Assembly: GCA_963169745.1 (NCBI GenBank)
Contig: CAUJCU010000024.1
Location: 80,842 to 144,841 of the forward strand
Length of the DNA: 64,000 nucleotides
DNA from: Bacteroidota bacterium
GTDB taxonomy: Bacteria > Bacteroidota > Bacteroidia > UBA4408
Direction: 5' to 3'
A program made the position numbers and the translations under genes. Below the pieces are notes generated by a model. It ran no database searches. It worked only from the letters and a program-made list of their open reading frames with translations, and was not told where the DNA came from. How positions within the stretch are numbered: the stretch's first letter is position 1; every line of letters starts with the position of its first letter. This document shows, one piece after another, positions 19,957 through 29,777 of the stretch.

Positions 19957-19999
19957 TAGTTAATTTGAAAAAAGTAGGTGTTAACGCAATAATTAACTA
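19957..19999. promoter_or_regulatory. 9-bp perfect inverted repeat (TAGTTAATT-N25-AATTAACTA) in the promoter region of the 17928-19859 gene
   Basis: read directly from the sequence; spacer contains a GTTAAC palindrome. Confidence 0.35.
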
Positions 20000-20029
20000 A
20001 AATCGAGCAGGACAGTTTTTTAAAAACAA

Positions 20030-20440
20030 TTAATTTTTAGGATTAAAATAGCTATAAATGAGTGATTTTATTTTTCTATTTTCCTGAAAACTAATGTATC
20101 CCCATGCTAAAAGGCAGCCTAAAGAATTGGCTGTAAAGTCAAGCAAATCGGCAGCACGGTCTTTAAATAGCTCTTGTTGTAAAATTTCTAAAATACCTCC
20201 ATACGGAACGCTGAGGCATAGTGCATATACCATAGCATTTTTTCGATTAGGAGTTTGGCGTACTGCCCTGTAAATTAAAATAACAAGAATAAAGAATAAA
20301 GAAGCATGAACAAACTTATCAAAATTCAGTAACTCTAATAAAGAAATATGCGGAATGTCCTTTCCGGGCAATCCGCATAAAACTGCTATAAATAAAGCCC
20401 ATACGACCGGTGGAGCATATCTTTTTATAGGCTTTTTCAT
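20030..20440 (-). CDS. VanZ-like family membrane protein
   Basis: 136 aa; multi-TM; 'FDKFVHASLFFILVIL' is VanZ-like. Confidence 0.55.
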   Translation of the reverse strand: MKKPIKRYAPPVVWALFIAVLCGLPGKDIPHISLLELLNFDKFVHASLFFILVILIYRAVRQTPNRKNAMVYALCLSVPYGGILEILQQELFKDRAADLLDFTANSLGCLLAWGYISFQENRKIKSLIYSYFNPKN

Positions 20441-20457
20441 TTTTAAAAATAAGGGGG

Positions 20458-20838
20458 CTAATGCCCAATCAACTCTTTATACTGTGCAGCAGTTAACAAA
20501 GTGTCAATTTCAGATTTATTTTGAATAGAAGTTTTAATCATCCATCCTTTTACATAGGGGTCGCTATTAACCAACTCCGGATTACTATCTAACTCTTTAT
20601 TAACCTCAATTATTTTTCCACTCAATGGTAAAAATAAATCAGAAACTGTTTTCACGGCTTCAACAGTACCAAAAACAGCATCTTTTTCAAGCGTTTCGCC
20701 CTCTGTGCTAATATCCACATAAACAATATCTCCCAACTCTCCTTGGGCAAATTCGGTAATGCCTATCAGAGCTTGATCGCCTTCTATTTTTACCCATTCA
20801 TGGTCTTTTGTGTACTTTAAAGTTTCTGGAAAATTCAT
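20458..20838 (-). CDS. gcvH: glycine cleavage system H protein
   Basis: 126 aa; '[34 protein letters not shown]'; lipoyl-lysine context 'VEAVKTVSD'. Confidence 0.9.
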   Translation of the reverse strand: MNFPETLKYTKDHEWVKIEGDQALIGITEFAQGELGDIVYVDISTEGETLEKDAVFGTVEAVKTVSDLFLPLSGKIIEVNKELDSNPELVNSDPYVKGWMIKTSIQNKSEIDTLLTAAQYKELIGH

Positions 20839-21037
20839 AGTATTTTTTGATTTTATTATTTGACAAACATAAAAAAATAATTTGATGAGAGCGATGACCT
20901 GACAAACAATTTTTAGAGATTATCAGGAGTCTTTTTATAAAGTCAATAAAAATTATTTTGTTTCCTTGTACTCATGCAATTTTATGTAGCTTTGCACCTC
21001 ATAAAGTTTTCCAAAATTACATGTAAAAAACAGACGG

Positions 21038-22003
21038 ATGATAATCATTACTGGTGCCGCTGGCTTTATAGGGAGTTGCTTAATTGCCAAGCTTAACGAA
21101 CAAAATTTTACCGATTTGGTTCTGGTAGATGATTTTACCGCAATACACAAGCAAAAAAACTGGGAAACAAAGAAATACCGCACCTGCATACCACGCCATC
21201 TGTTTTTGGATTGGCTTAAAGAAAATCAGCAACAAATACAATTTATTTTTCATTTAGGGGCACGAACAGATACTACTGAATTTAATCAAGAGGTGTTTGA
21301 TACACTGAATTTAAACTACAGTAAAGCACTTTGGCAGGCATGTGTTCAATATTGCATACCAATACTTTATGCTTCATCGGCAGCCACCTACGGAAACGGA
21401 GAAATGGGATATGATGATAACGAAAATAACATTTCGCACTTGCATCCATTAAACCCATACGGGGCCTCTAAAAATGATTTTGATAAGTGGGTTTTGGAGC
21501 AAGAGCATAAACCGTTTTTTTGGGCAGGGCTTAAATTCTTTAATGTTTATGGTCCAAACGAATATCACAAAGGACGAATGGCTTCGGTAGTTTATCATGC
21601 CTTTAATCAAATTCAAGAAACCGGATATTTGAAGTTGTTTAAGAGTCACAGGAGCTCCTTTAAAGATGGCGAGCAATTGCGTGATTTTATATATGTAAAA
21701 GATGTTGTAGAAGTTCTTTATTTTTTTATGCACCATCGTAAAAATAGCGGAATTTACAATTTGGGAACAGGGCAAGCACGCACATTTAATGATTTGGCAG
21801 CATGTACATTTGCCGGATTAAATAAGAAAGTACAAATAGAGTTTGTAAATATTCCTGAAGATATTAGAAATACATATCAATACTATACCGAGGCTAAAAT
21901 GGAAAAATTGAAGGCTATTGGATATTTTCGTGAGTTTTACAATTTGGAGCAAGGCATTACTGATTATGTAAGAAACTACCTTATACCACATAAATACGCC
22001 TAA
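21038..22003 (+). CDS. hldD: ADP-L-glycero-D-manno-heptose-6-epimerase-like NAD-dependent epimerase
   Basis: 'MIIITGAAGFIGSCLIAKLNE...LYASSAATYG...FFNVYGPNEYHKGRMASVV' is near-colinear with E. coli HldD/RfaD. Confidence 0.8.
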   Translation: MIIITGAAGFIGSCLIAKLNEQNFTDLVLVDDFTAIHKQKNWETKKYRTCIPRHLFLDWLKENQQQIQFIFHLGARTDTTEFNQEVFDTLNLNYSKALWQACVQYCIPILYASSAATYGNGEMGYDDNENNISHLHPLNPYGASKNDFDKWVLEQEHKPFFWAGLKFFNVYGPNEYHKGRMASVVYHAFNQIQETGYLKLFKSHRSSFKDGEQLRDFIYVKDVVEVLYFFMHHRKNSGIYNLGTGQARTFNDLAACTFAGLNKKVQIEFVNIPEDIRNTYQYYTEAKMEKLKAIGYFREFYNLEQGITDYVRNYLIPHKYA

Positions 22004-22017
22004 AGTTTTGTTTTGAG

Positions 22018-22548
22018 ATGAAGAGAATAACTGCATATAAACAAAATAAGCCAAGTTTTAAGGAGGCGCTGCTTATTGTATGTAAACTGCGTTTGCACGA
22101 TGGCCAATGGTGGCTACAAGCTATTGATGGAATGTGGCAACAGGGCGTTGTACGCTATTTTTTTGCTGCCGTAACAGCTACCGTTGTTGATGTACTTGTT
22201 TTTTGGTTTGTATTTAACATAATCTTGCATCAGCAACCACACACTATTTTGGGTTTCTTTCAATTAAAAGCCCCTTCAATAGCTTTAGTTTGTGGCTTTG
22301 GCTGTGGTTTAATCACTAATTTTACGATTACGAAGCTGTTTGTATTCAATCAGTCGCTAAGTAAAACACGTTTGCAACTATTACGTTTTATTTTAGTGAA
22401 TATGGTTGTGTTGGTAAGCAATTATTATTTGATGTGGTTTTTAACCTCTCAATTGCATTGGTATGCTACTGTATCCCGAGCAGTATCGGCTGTTACTATT
22501 GGAATTTTTAGCTTTTTAGCCCATAAGTTTTTTTCGTTTAAATTGTAG
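22018..22548 (+). CDS. GtrA-family membrane protein
   Basis: hydrophobic 4-TM protein; 'VRYFFAAVTATVVDVLVFWFVFN' is GtrA-like; true start probably the internal Met at ~22132, giving 138 aa. Confidence 0.55.
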   Translation: MKRITAYKQNKPSFKEALLIVCKLRLHDGQWWLQAIDGMWQQGVVRYFFAAVTATVVDVLVFWFVFNIILHQQPHTILGFFQLKAPSIALVCGFGCGLITNFTITKLFVFNQSLSKTRLQLLRFILVNMVVLVSNYYLMWFLTSQLHWYATVSRAVSAVTIGIFSFLAHKFFSFKL

Positions 22549-22556
22549 TAAGTAAC

Positions 22557-23927
22557 ATGAAAGCGACATCAGAAATATTAGCCTTACTGGAAAGCAGAAA
22601 TAAAACCGGGTTAAAAGAATACCTTGCTGATTGCATGCCCGAGGAAATAGCAGATTTGCTGAACCACCTCGATGAAGATAGTTTGCTCATGGTATTTAAA
22701 GCTATAGACCGTGAGTTGGCTTTTGCCTCTTATGAATTGCTGGATATCAATTTTCAAATTGCCCTGCTTGATTTATTGCCCAATAAATTGGTAACATTGA
22801 TTATTAATGATATGAGCCCCGATAAAAGAACGGCTCTATTTCAGGAGTTGAGCAACGAAATGCTGAACAAACACCTTAAGCTGCTCACTATAAATGAACG
22901 TTCGGTAGCACTTCACTTATTGGGCTATCCCGAAAACTCTATTGGCCGTTTAATGACCCCCGATTATATTGCGGTTAAAGCCGATTGGACGGTAACGGAT
23001 GTATTAAATTATATTCGAAAATATGGAGAGAACTCCGAAACCCTTGATGTTATTTATATTATTGATGAGCGAGGGAAGCTTGTTGATGATATTAAGGTAA
23101 GAGAAATATTACTGGCTGAGCCAAACACCCACTTGAAGGAAATAATTAATGGTCGTTACACTTTTTTGTCAGTATTAGATGATGAAGAGGTGGCTATACA
23201 TGCTTTCAATAAAAATAACCGGGCCGCTTTACCCGTAATAGACAAAAGTGGTTTGCTTTTGGGAATTGTAACTATGGATGATGTGCTGCGCCTTTCTAAA
23301 GAAGAATATACTGAAGACATTCAGAAATTAGGAGGTGTTGAAGCGCTGGAAGAGCCCTATATGGATGTCCCCATTCCTACTATGATTAGAAAACGCGGAT
23401 TGGTTCTGGTTATATTGTTTGTAGGAGAGCTGCTTACAGCAACTGCTATGGCTCATTTTGAAGATGAAATTGCTCGTGCGGTGGTATTGGCATTGTTTGT
23501 TCCGCTTATTGTTAGTAGTGGGGGTAACTCCGGTTCTCAGGCGGCTTCACTTATTATTAGAGCATTGGCATTAGGCGAAATAACAATAAAAGACTGGTTT
23601 AAGGTGCTACGCAGAGAATTAATTTCAGGTTTTGGCTTAGGCTTATTACTTTCTTTGATTGGATTTGCCCGTGTAGGAATTTGGAATTATTTTACACATG
23701 CTTATGGTCCACATTGGATGGGCTTGGCCGCTACGGTTAGTTTCTCATTACTGGGAGTTGTGCTTTGGGGGGTAATTATGGGCAGTATGTTACCTATCAT
23801 TTTAAAAAAGATCGGGGCTGACCCGGCCACATCATCTGCCCCTTTTGTAGCCACATTAGTAGATGTTACGGGTTTGGTTATTTATTTTACTTTTGCTTTG
23901 TTTTTCCTTAAAGGAACAATATTATAA
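22557..23927 (+). CDS. mgtE: magnesium transporter MgtE
   Basis: 456 aa; MgtE N-domain, tandem CBS region and C-terminal 5-TM MgtE domain ('PLIVSSGGNSGSQAASLIIRALALGEI'). Confidence 0.9.
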   Translation: MKATSEILALLESRNKTGLKEYLADCMPEEIADLLNHLDEDSLLMVFKAIDRELAFASYELLDINFQIALLDLLPNKLVTLIINDMSPDKRTALFQELSNEMLNKHLKLLTINERSVALHLLGYPENSIGRLMTPDYIAVKADWTVTDVLNYIRKYGENSETLDVIYIIDERGKLVDDIKVREILLAEPNTHLKEIINGRYTFLSVLDDEEVAIHAFNKNNRAALPVIDKSGLLLGIVTMDDVLRLSKEEYTEDIQKLGGVEALEEPYMDVPIPTMIRKRGLVLVILFVGELLTATAMAHFEDEIARAVVLALFVPLIVSSGGNSGSQAASLIIRALALGEITIKDWFKVLRRELISGFGLGLLLSLIGFARVGIWNYFTHAYGPHWMGLAATVSFSLLGVVLWGVIMGSMLPIILKKIGADPATSSAPFVATLVDVTGLVIYFTFALFFLKGTIL

Positions 23928-23959
23928 TACAGAAAGATATTCATTTAAAAAAAGTATTT

Positions 23960-24490
23960 ATGTTATCTAAAAAAATCGAATCAGCTATTAACAAACAAAT
24001 AGAATTAGAAGCAGCCTCATCACAACTGTATTTGGCAATGGCTTCGTGGGCCGAAAATCAAAGTTTTAATGGGGTGGCTGCATTCTTATACCGGCAGTCT
24101 GACGAAGAACGTATGCACCAGATAAAACTCGTAAAATTTGTCAACGAGCGTGGAGGTAAAGCTCTCATTCCTGCAATAAAGCAACCCGAAAAAGAATTCA
24201 AATCATTACAAGTGGTTTTTGAGCAAGTATTAAAACATGAAATTTTTGTTTCGGCAGAAATTAACAAAATGGTTGATATTTGCTTACAAGAGAAAGATTA
24301 CACCACGCATAATTTTTTGCAATGGTACGTATCGGAACAAATTGAAGAAGAAGCCTTGGCGCGCAATGTATTGGATAAGTTAAAGTTAATAGGAACCGAT
24401 AAAGGAGGTATTTATTTCTTTGATCGCGATTTGGGGACTATGGCGGCTACTGCTACAAACAGCAACACAAAAGAAAGCGGAGGGAAGTAG
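23960..24490 (+). CDS. ftn: ferritin
   Basis: 176 aa; 'EAASSQLYLAMASWAENQSFNGVAAFLYRQSDEERMHQIKL' ferritin-like di-iron motif. Confidence 0.85.
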   Translation: MLSKKIESAINKQIELEAASSQLYLAMASWAENQSFNGVAAFLYRQSDEERMHQIKLVKFVNERGGKALIPAIKQPEKEFKSLQVVFEQVLKHEIFVSAEINKMVDICLQEKDYTTHNFLQWYVSEQIEEEALARNVLDKLKLIGTDKGGIYFFDRDLGTMAATATNSNTKESGGK

Positions 24491-24569
24491 CCTCTATTTT
24501 AATAGACACGCGCAATGCTATTTGACAACTGTCTCGTCCTAAATAGGTTTACAATAAAATGTAAACAAA

Positions 24570-24869
24570 ATGGACAAAAAAGTAATAGAAAAAGAGGCGA
24601 TAATAGCCGAGTATTTAACAGGTAATTTGAGTTACCAAAAAATAGGGCTCAAGTATGGTATTGATTTTAGATTAATACATTCGTGGGTAATGAACTAACA
24701 AGGAAAAAAGCGAAAACATTCATCCAAACCCAAAGAACAGAAAGCAGAGGAGGCATCGCTTTCTAATGAAGTAAAGCAATTGCACAATAAGCTACAAAAC
24801 GCAATGATAGATATTGCAGAAGAACAGCTTAAGGTTGATATTCGAAAAAAGTCTGGCACTAGGCGGTAG
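24570..24869 (+). pseudogene. IS3-family transposase orfA interrupted by an in-frame TAA
   Basis: '...GIDFRLIHSWVMN*QGKKRKHSSKPKEQKAEEASLSNEVKQLHNKL...' is one reading frame cut by TAA at ~24695. Confidence 0.65.
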
Positions 24870-24913
24870 AAACAGTAGAACAAAGTGAGCCTCGTTGTGT
24901 AAACGAACTTTGT

Positions 24914-25750
24914 TTGCTGCTTGGTTATAGTAGGCAATCCTATTATCAGGGTATAAAATACATTCAGCAAAAAGCGTTTGAATCGGATATAATCATTGAA
25001 AAGGTTCTTCGTTATAGCAAGCACCAAAAGCGATTAGGTACAAGAAAATTGTTAGAAGAAATGCAATATTTTTTGTTTGAACATCAAATAAAAATAGGCA
25101 GAGATGCACTGTTCAATATGCTTTCAGCCAATCATTTATTGGTAAGAAAACGTAAGCGAAGAATACAAACGACTAACTCCTATCACTGGTTGAGAAAGTA
25201 TCCAAACCTTATTCGTGAGTTTGTTCCTACTGCACCCAATCAGCTTTGGGTGAGTGACATTACTTATTGGAAAATAAATACAGGCGAACATCTTTACATC
25301 AGCTTTATTACCGATGCTTACTCACATAAAATTGTAGGTTATCAAGTAGCTGAAACAATGGAAGCGATAGAAAGTATTCATGCTTTGCAAATGGCTCTCT
25401 CTGCCTTGGGGGCAGAGAGCCTTTGAACCTAATCCATCACAGCGACAGAGGCATTCAATATTGCAGCCATGCTTATGTAAAGCTATTGCAGGACAAAGGC
25501 ATAAAAATCAGCATGACTGAAAATGGAAATTCTTTAGAAAATGCAGTAGCAGAAAGAATAAACGGAATTATTAAAGATGAGTAATTAGAAACCTATGACA
25601 TTGATAACATCAAGGATGCAAAGGGATTACTAAAAGCTGTAGTGAATCTATACAATAGCGAAAGACCTCACATGAGCATCAGTAACTTCACACCAAATAC
25701 TATTCATCATTCAAAAACTAAAATCAAAACAGAAAGATTATGGAAGAATT
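24914..25750 (+). pseudogene. IS3-family transposase orfB (rve/DDE integrase) with frameshift and in-frame TAA
   Basis: catalytic region is split across frames: '...[10 protein letters not shown]' then '[21 protein letters not shown]...GIIKDE*LETYD...SERPHMSI'. Confidence 0.65.
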
Positions 25751-26057
25751 ATTATCGAAAGGTCCTACTATTGTAAACCCAATTCAGGACTAAAAATAAA
25801 CTGTAAACCTAAATCAGGATTAATCAATTAAACTGTAACCTTCTTTTAGGACGAGTCAATTTGTATTTTACCAAGCGCGACAAGCAACTGCACAAAATAC
25901 AAAAGAGCCAAAATCTACCAACCGCAGGGCAACCGCACCTGTTGACGGTTTTTTACTAATTTGTAACTGGCGTGTTTATTACGACAGTTCCTGACAATGC
26001 TTTATTTTTTTTCTTTACTTTTATTCACTCAATTTTTCAACAAAAAACATAAACAAA

Positions 26058-29000
26058 ATGACTAAATATACTTTTCAAATAATTCTGTTTGCATTGTTAC
26101 TTATAGTCATTTCAAGCAACAGTTTTGCCCAAACTTCTCTTGTCAGAAAAGAGTGGTCGGCAACCAACGGACTGCGTGACACTATACCCTATTCTGCAAC
26201 TTAAATGGATTCTCTTGGCAATTTAATTGTTACTTCAAATATCCTTGCAAGCGGACAAGACGCAAATATTCTTACCACTAAATTTGCACCTGACGGCACA
26301 ATAATGTGGAGCCAGCAAATAAACGGAACTGCCAACAGCAAAGACTTTGGAACGGCAAACTTTATTGACGGCAACGGTGATATTTTTATTGCAGGTGCAA
26401 TTCAAAACACACTGAATAATTACGATTATTTTTTTGCTAAATACGATGCAAACGGAAATTTACAATGGCAGAACACCTACAACGGAAACGGCAATAATTA
26501 TGATGTGCCTTCTGCAATAATTGCCGACAGCAACTTTTGCTATCTTACGGGTGCCAGCTTTGGAATTACCTCTCTTACAGACTTTGCAACTTTAAAGATA
26601 AACAAAAATACAGGTGTTGTAATTTGGGCAAGTGTTTACGACTATGTTTCGTTATACGAATTACCGATTGGAATTGCCGTTCATTCTAACGGCAACATTT
26701 ACGTTACGGGTGCAAGTTCCTCCGCTGTAAACAACTGGGATATTGCAACAGTAGAATACAGCCCGGGCGGCTCTCAAATAAACGTTGACAGAAATTCGGG
26801 AAGTGCCGTAGGTTTTGATAAACCTGCCGACATAACCAAAGATGCCAACGGAAATATTTATATTGTGGGGCGTGTTGCCACTTTAAGCAGTGGTTACGAC
26901 ATAAAATTAATAAAACTGAACGCTTCACTTATACTGCAATGGTCTCAAACGTTTGATGCTTACGGATTGGATGATGAAGGCACAGGGCTTGTTTTAGACA
27001 ATCTTGGAAATATTATTGTGTGCGGTTTTTCGCAAAAACAGAATGAAGGAAAAAATTTTGTTGTTGTGAAATATGATTCATCAGGGAACGTACTTTGGCA
27101 ATATGAAAAAGATTACGGAGGCAATGACGAGGCAAAAAAAGTGGCTGTTGACAATGATAACAATGTTTACATTGTTGGAGAGTTTGTTCAGAACAACGAT
27201 AAAGATTTGATTACGGTTAAACTGAACGCTAACGGAATTGTTGAATGGGAAAAAGAATATAAAAACACAGGTGATGACAAAGCCGAAGCATTAAAAGTTG
27301 ATGCAGCACAAAATGTATATGTGAACGGACAAACCAATGAGAACGGGGATAAAAATGCAGCAATAAAATACGAACAGGCAGAAGCCTATATACCTGTTGA
27401 CTTTAATAACGAAGAGCCAAATGTAAATCATTTGTTTTATGAAAACAGAGGACAGCTTTTTAACACAAACTCACAGGCAGCCGATGATATAGCATATTAC
27501 ACCGAAAGTTCTTTTCCGCAACAGTTTATTCAAAACGACAAAATTTCTTTTGTGTTATCCAACCACGATACTTTGGGAAATGATTCCGTACAAAGAATAG
27601 ACCTTGCTTTTGTAAACTCCTCGCCAAACGCAAAGGCATTTTCAATCAAACAGGAAAAGTTAGGTTATCTCAATTATTTTAATCAGCATTTTCCAAACGG
27701 TGTTGTAAATATTAAAGGGAGCAAAAAAATTGCAGTGCCCAATATATATAACGATATAGATTTAATATACAGCAGCAACGATGCAGGATTAAAAATGTAT
27801 TTGGTGGTAAAAGAAAGAGGAGATTTGAAAGACGTAATTATAAAGTTATTGGGGTCTGACAGTGTATATCTAAACAACAACAATCTTATTGTTCAGGGAG
27901 CTTGGGACGATTTAACTTAGGAAAATTAACAGCTTATCAAATCCAAAACAGTCAGGTTGTTCCAATCACAAGCTGGACACCTTCATATAATATTATGTCA
28001 AACGGAACTGTTGGTTTCAATATTGGAGCATACAATCAAAGTTTGCCTTTGGTTATTCAAATTTCAAAATCAGGTGCTTCGCAAAGTTCAAGCGTACCTT
28101 TAGAAAATATTGAATGGTGTACCTATTATCACGGGCAGCAAATGTTCAGAGGAACGGTGTTTAAAGGTTCTTGCATTGATAATGAACATAACTTAATTGT
28201 GGCGGGCAGCACAACTCAATTTGATTTTCCTATCCAATTTAATATATTGCCCTTTGGAAATAGCCAAGATGCAGTAATAGTAAAATTTGATTCACTGGGT
28301 ATAAGGAAATTTGCTACCTACTATGGCGGAAGTAATGCAGACATTGCCAAAAGTGTTACTACAAATTTAAACAATGATATTTTTATTTTAGGTGAAACTT
28401 ACAGTGAGAATTTTCCCCCATACTTGCAAGGCAGCAGCTATTCAAACGCTACTTTGCCAAGTGCAAGCAATCAGGATTTGTTTATTGTAAAATTATCTGC
28501 TGACGGTCAAAATCAATTATGGTCAACCAATTACGGTGGTGTTACTTTTAACGAAGAAGCAGGACAAATAGCCCTTAACGGAGGTAGCGTTTTTGTGGTG
28601 GGAAGTGGCGACAGCAATACACCTTATTTGGTAAACGGAACTTTTAATGAAACCGGAGGGGGCCTGTTGGCACAGTTTAAAGACAGTGGAGAAAGAGTTT
28701 GGGCTACAGGCTTTGGCACAAACGGAAATACCGGTGTAGTTGGCATTGCTTTTGACAATGACAACAATATTTACATTACCGGTTACACCACCGCAAGCGA
28801 TTTTCCGGTAGTAAATCCTCAGGCATTCAGTAGTTTTGGATTTGCAGGTACTTTTGTAACCAAGTTTGTTTCGGGCTACTCGGTTGAATGGAGTACATAC
28901 ATTGTAAAAAACTACTTACCTACCGGAATTATGTTTGCCAATAACCACATATATGTTAACGGTGAAACCATTGGCGAAGATATATTTTTAGTTGACCCTG

Positions 29001-29776
29001 CTGATGGTTCGTATTTTAATAATACGGCATACACAACAGGTTGCAATAAAGTTTATTTGTTTAAGTTCACAACAGGCGGAGCGGTTCAGTGGAGTACATT
29101 TTATGGAGGTACTTTTACCGATAAATCATTCGGCATTACCCACGACCAGTTTGGAAACATTTATTTGGCGGGATATACTAACAGCCATAATTTTCAGCCA
29201 GTACTACAGGCTACATCTTATCATTTTAAACCAACATTTGGAAGTGGCGAAGGTCATATAACCATTGAGGCTTTTGATGCGGCAAACAAAAGCAAATGGG
29301 GTACATATATGGGTGGCAATTATTCAGAAGCTGCATATACTGCAAGTTGCGACAAAGAAAGAAACAAATTGTTTATTGCAGGTGTAGTTGACAGCAGGAT
29401 TGATTTTCCGTTAAACAACGGCAATGGAATACCTTATTTTCAGGACACTTTAGCTCCCTATATTTCTTCGGGATTTATCAGCAGGTTTAATATTGCCGAT
29501 AACTTTACGGGAATAAAATCTTTATCCACCGATAACAACTCATTTATAGTTTTTCCTAATCCTGCTAAAGATATTTTTTACTTATCATTAAGTGAAAAAT
29601 TATCATTTCAAAACAATCTTATTATCTATAATAATGTTGGCCAAATTGTTTTTAATGAAAGTAACATAAATGCAAAACAAACCATTGATATTTCAAAATT
29701 CTCATCAGGTATGTACTTTGTAAAATTAATGAGTAACAATAAGATTTATACTTCAAAAATTTCAATCTTAAAATAA
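26058..29776 (+). pseudogene. SBBP beta-propeller-repeat T9SS cargo gene disrupted by an in-frame TAA (26202) and a frameshift (~27880-27920)
   Basis: signal peptide 'MTKYTFQIILFALLLIVISSNSFAQ' (26058-26201), then TAA, then a 571-aa ORF in the same frame with SBBP-like repeats; a frameshift leads into a 624-aa ORF (27902-29776) ending in T9SS type A CTD 'FIVFPNPAKDIFYLSLS...GMYFVKLMSNNKIYTSKISILK'. The first part has no CTD and the second has no signal peptide. Confidence 0.6.
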
Positions 29777-29777
29777 A

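Larger units (their letters stand above)
24522..25861 (+). mobile_element. decayed IS3-family insertion sequence (orfA helix-turn-helix plus orfB DDE integrase remnants)
   Basis: imperfect terminal inverted repeats 'TGACAACTGTCTCGTCCTAAATAGGTTTACA' (left) versus reverse complement of 'TGTAACCTTCTTTTAGGACGAGTCAA' (right), sharing a TCGTCCTAAA core; orfA-like 'MDKKVIEKEAIIAEYL...'; 'A AAA AAG' slippery heptamer; orfB-like 'LWVSDITYW...HSDRGIQY...[15 protein letters not shown]'. Confidence 0.75.

Noticed and set aside
20839-20952. Glycine riboswitch upstream of gcvH
   Set aside because: The leader lacks the conserved glycine-aptamer core sequences and is short. gcvH is also not the usual riboswitch-controlled gene (gcvT is).
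25862-26057. Possible tRNA/ncRNA in the ~200 bp between the IS remnant and the SBBP gene (contains accgcagggcaaccgcacctgttgacggtttttt)
   Set aside because: No cloverleaf could be folded by eye and no conserved ncRNA motifs were recognised. It is more likely a weak terminator-like hairpin plus the promoter of the cargo gene.
24695-26204. Three in-frame TAA codons within 1.7 kb as evidence of stop-codon reassignment or programmed readthrough
   Set aside because: Many intact genes in the window terminate normally at TAA (for example kbl and the 27902-29776 ORF). Simple nonsense decay in an IS remnant and an adjacent pseudogene is the sufficient explanation.
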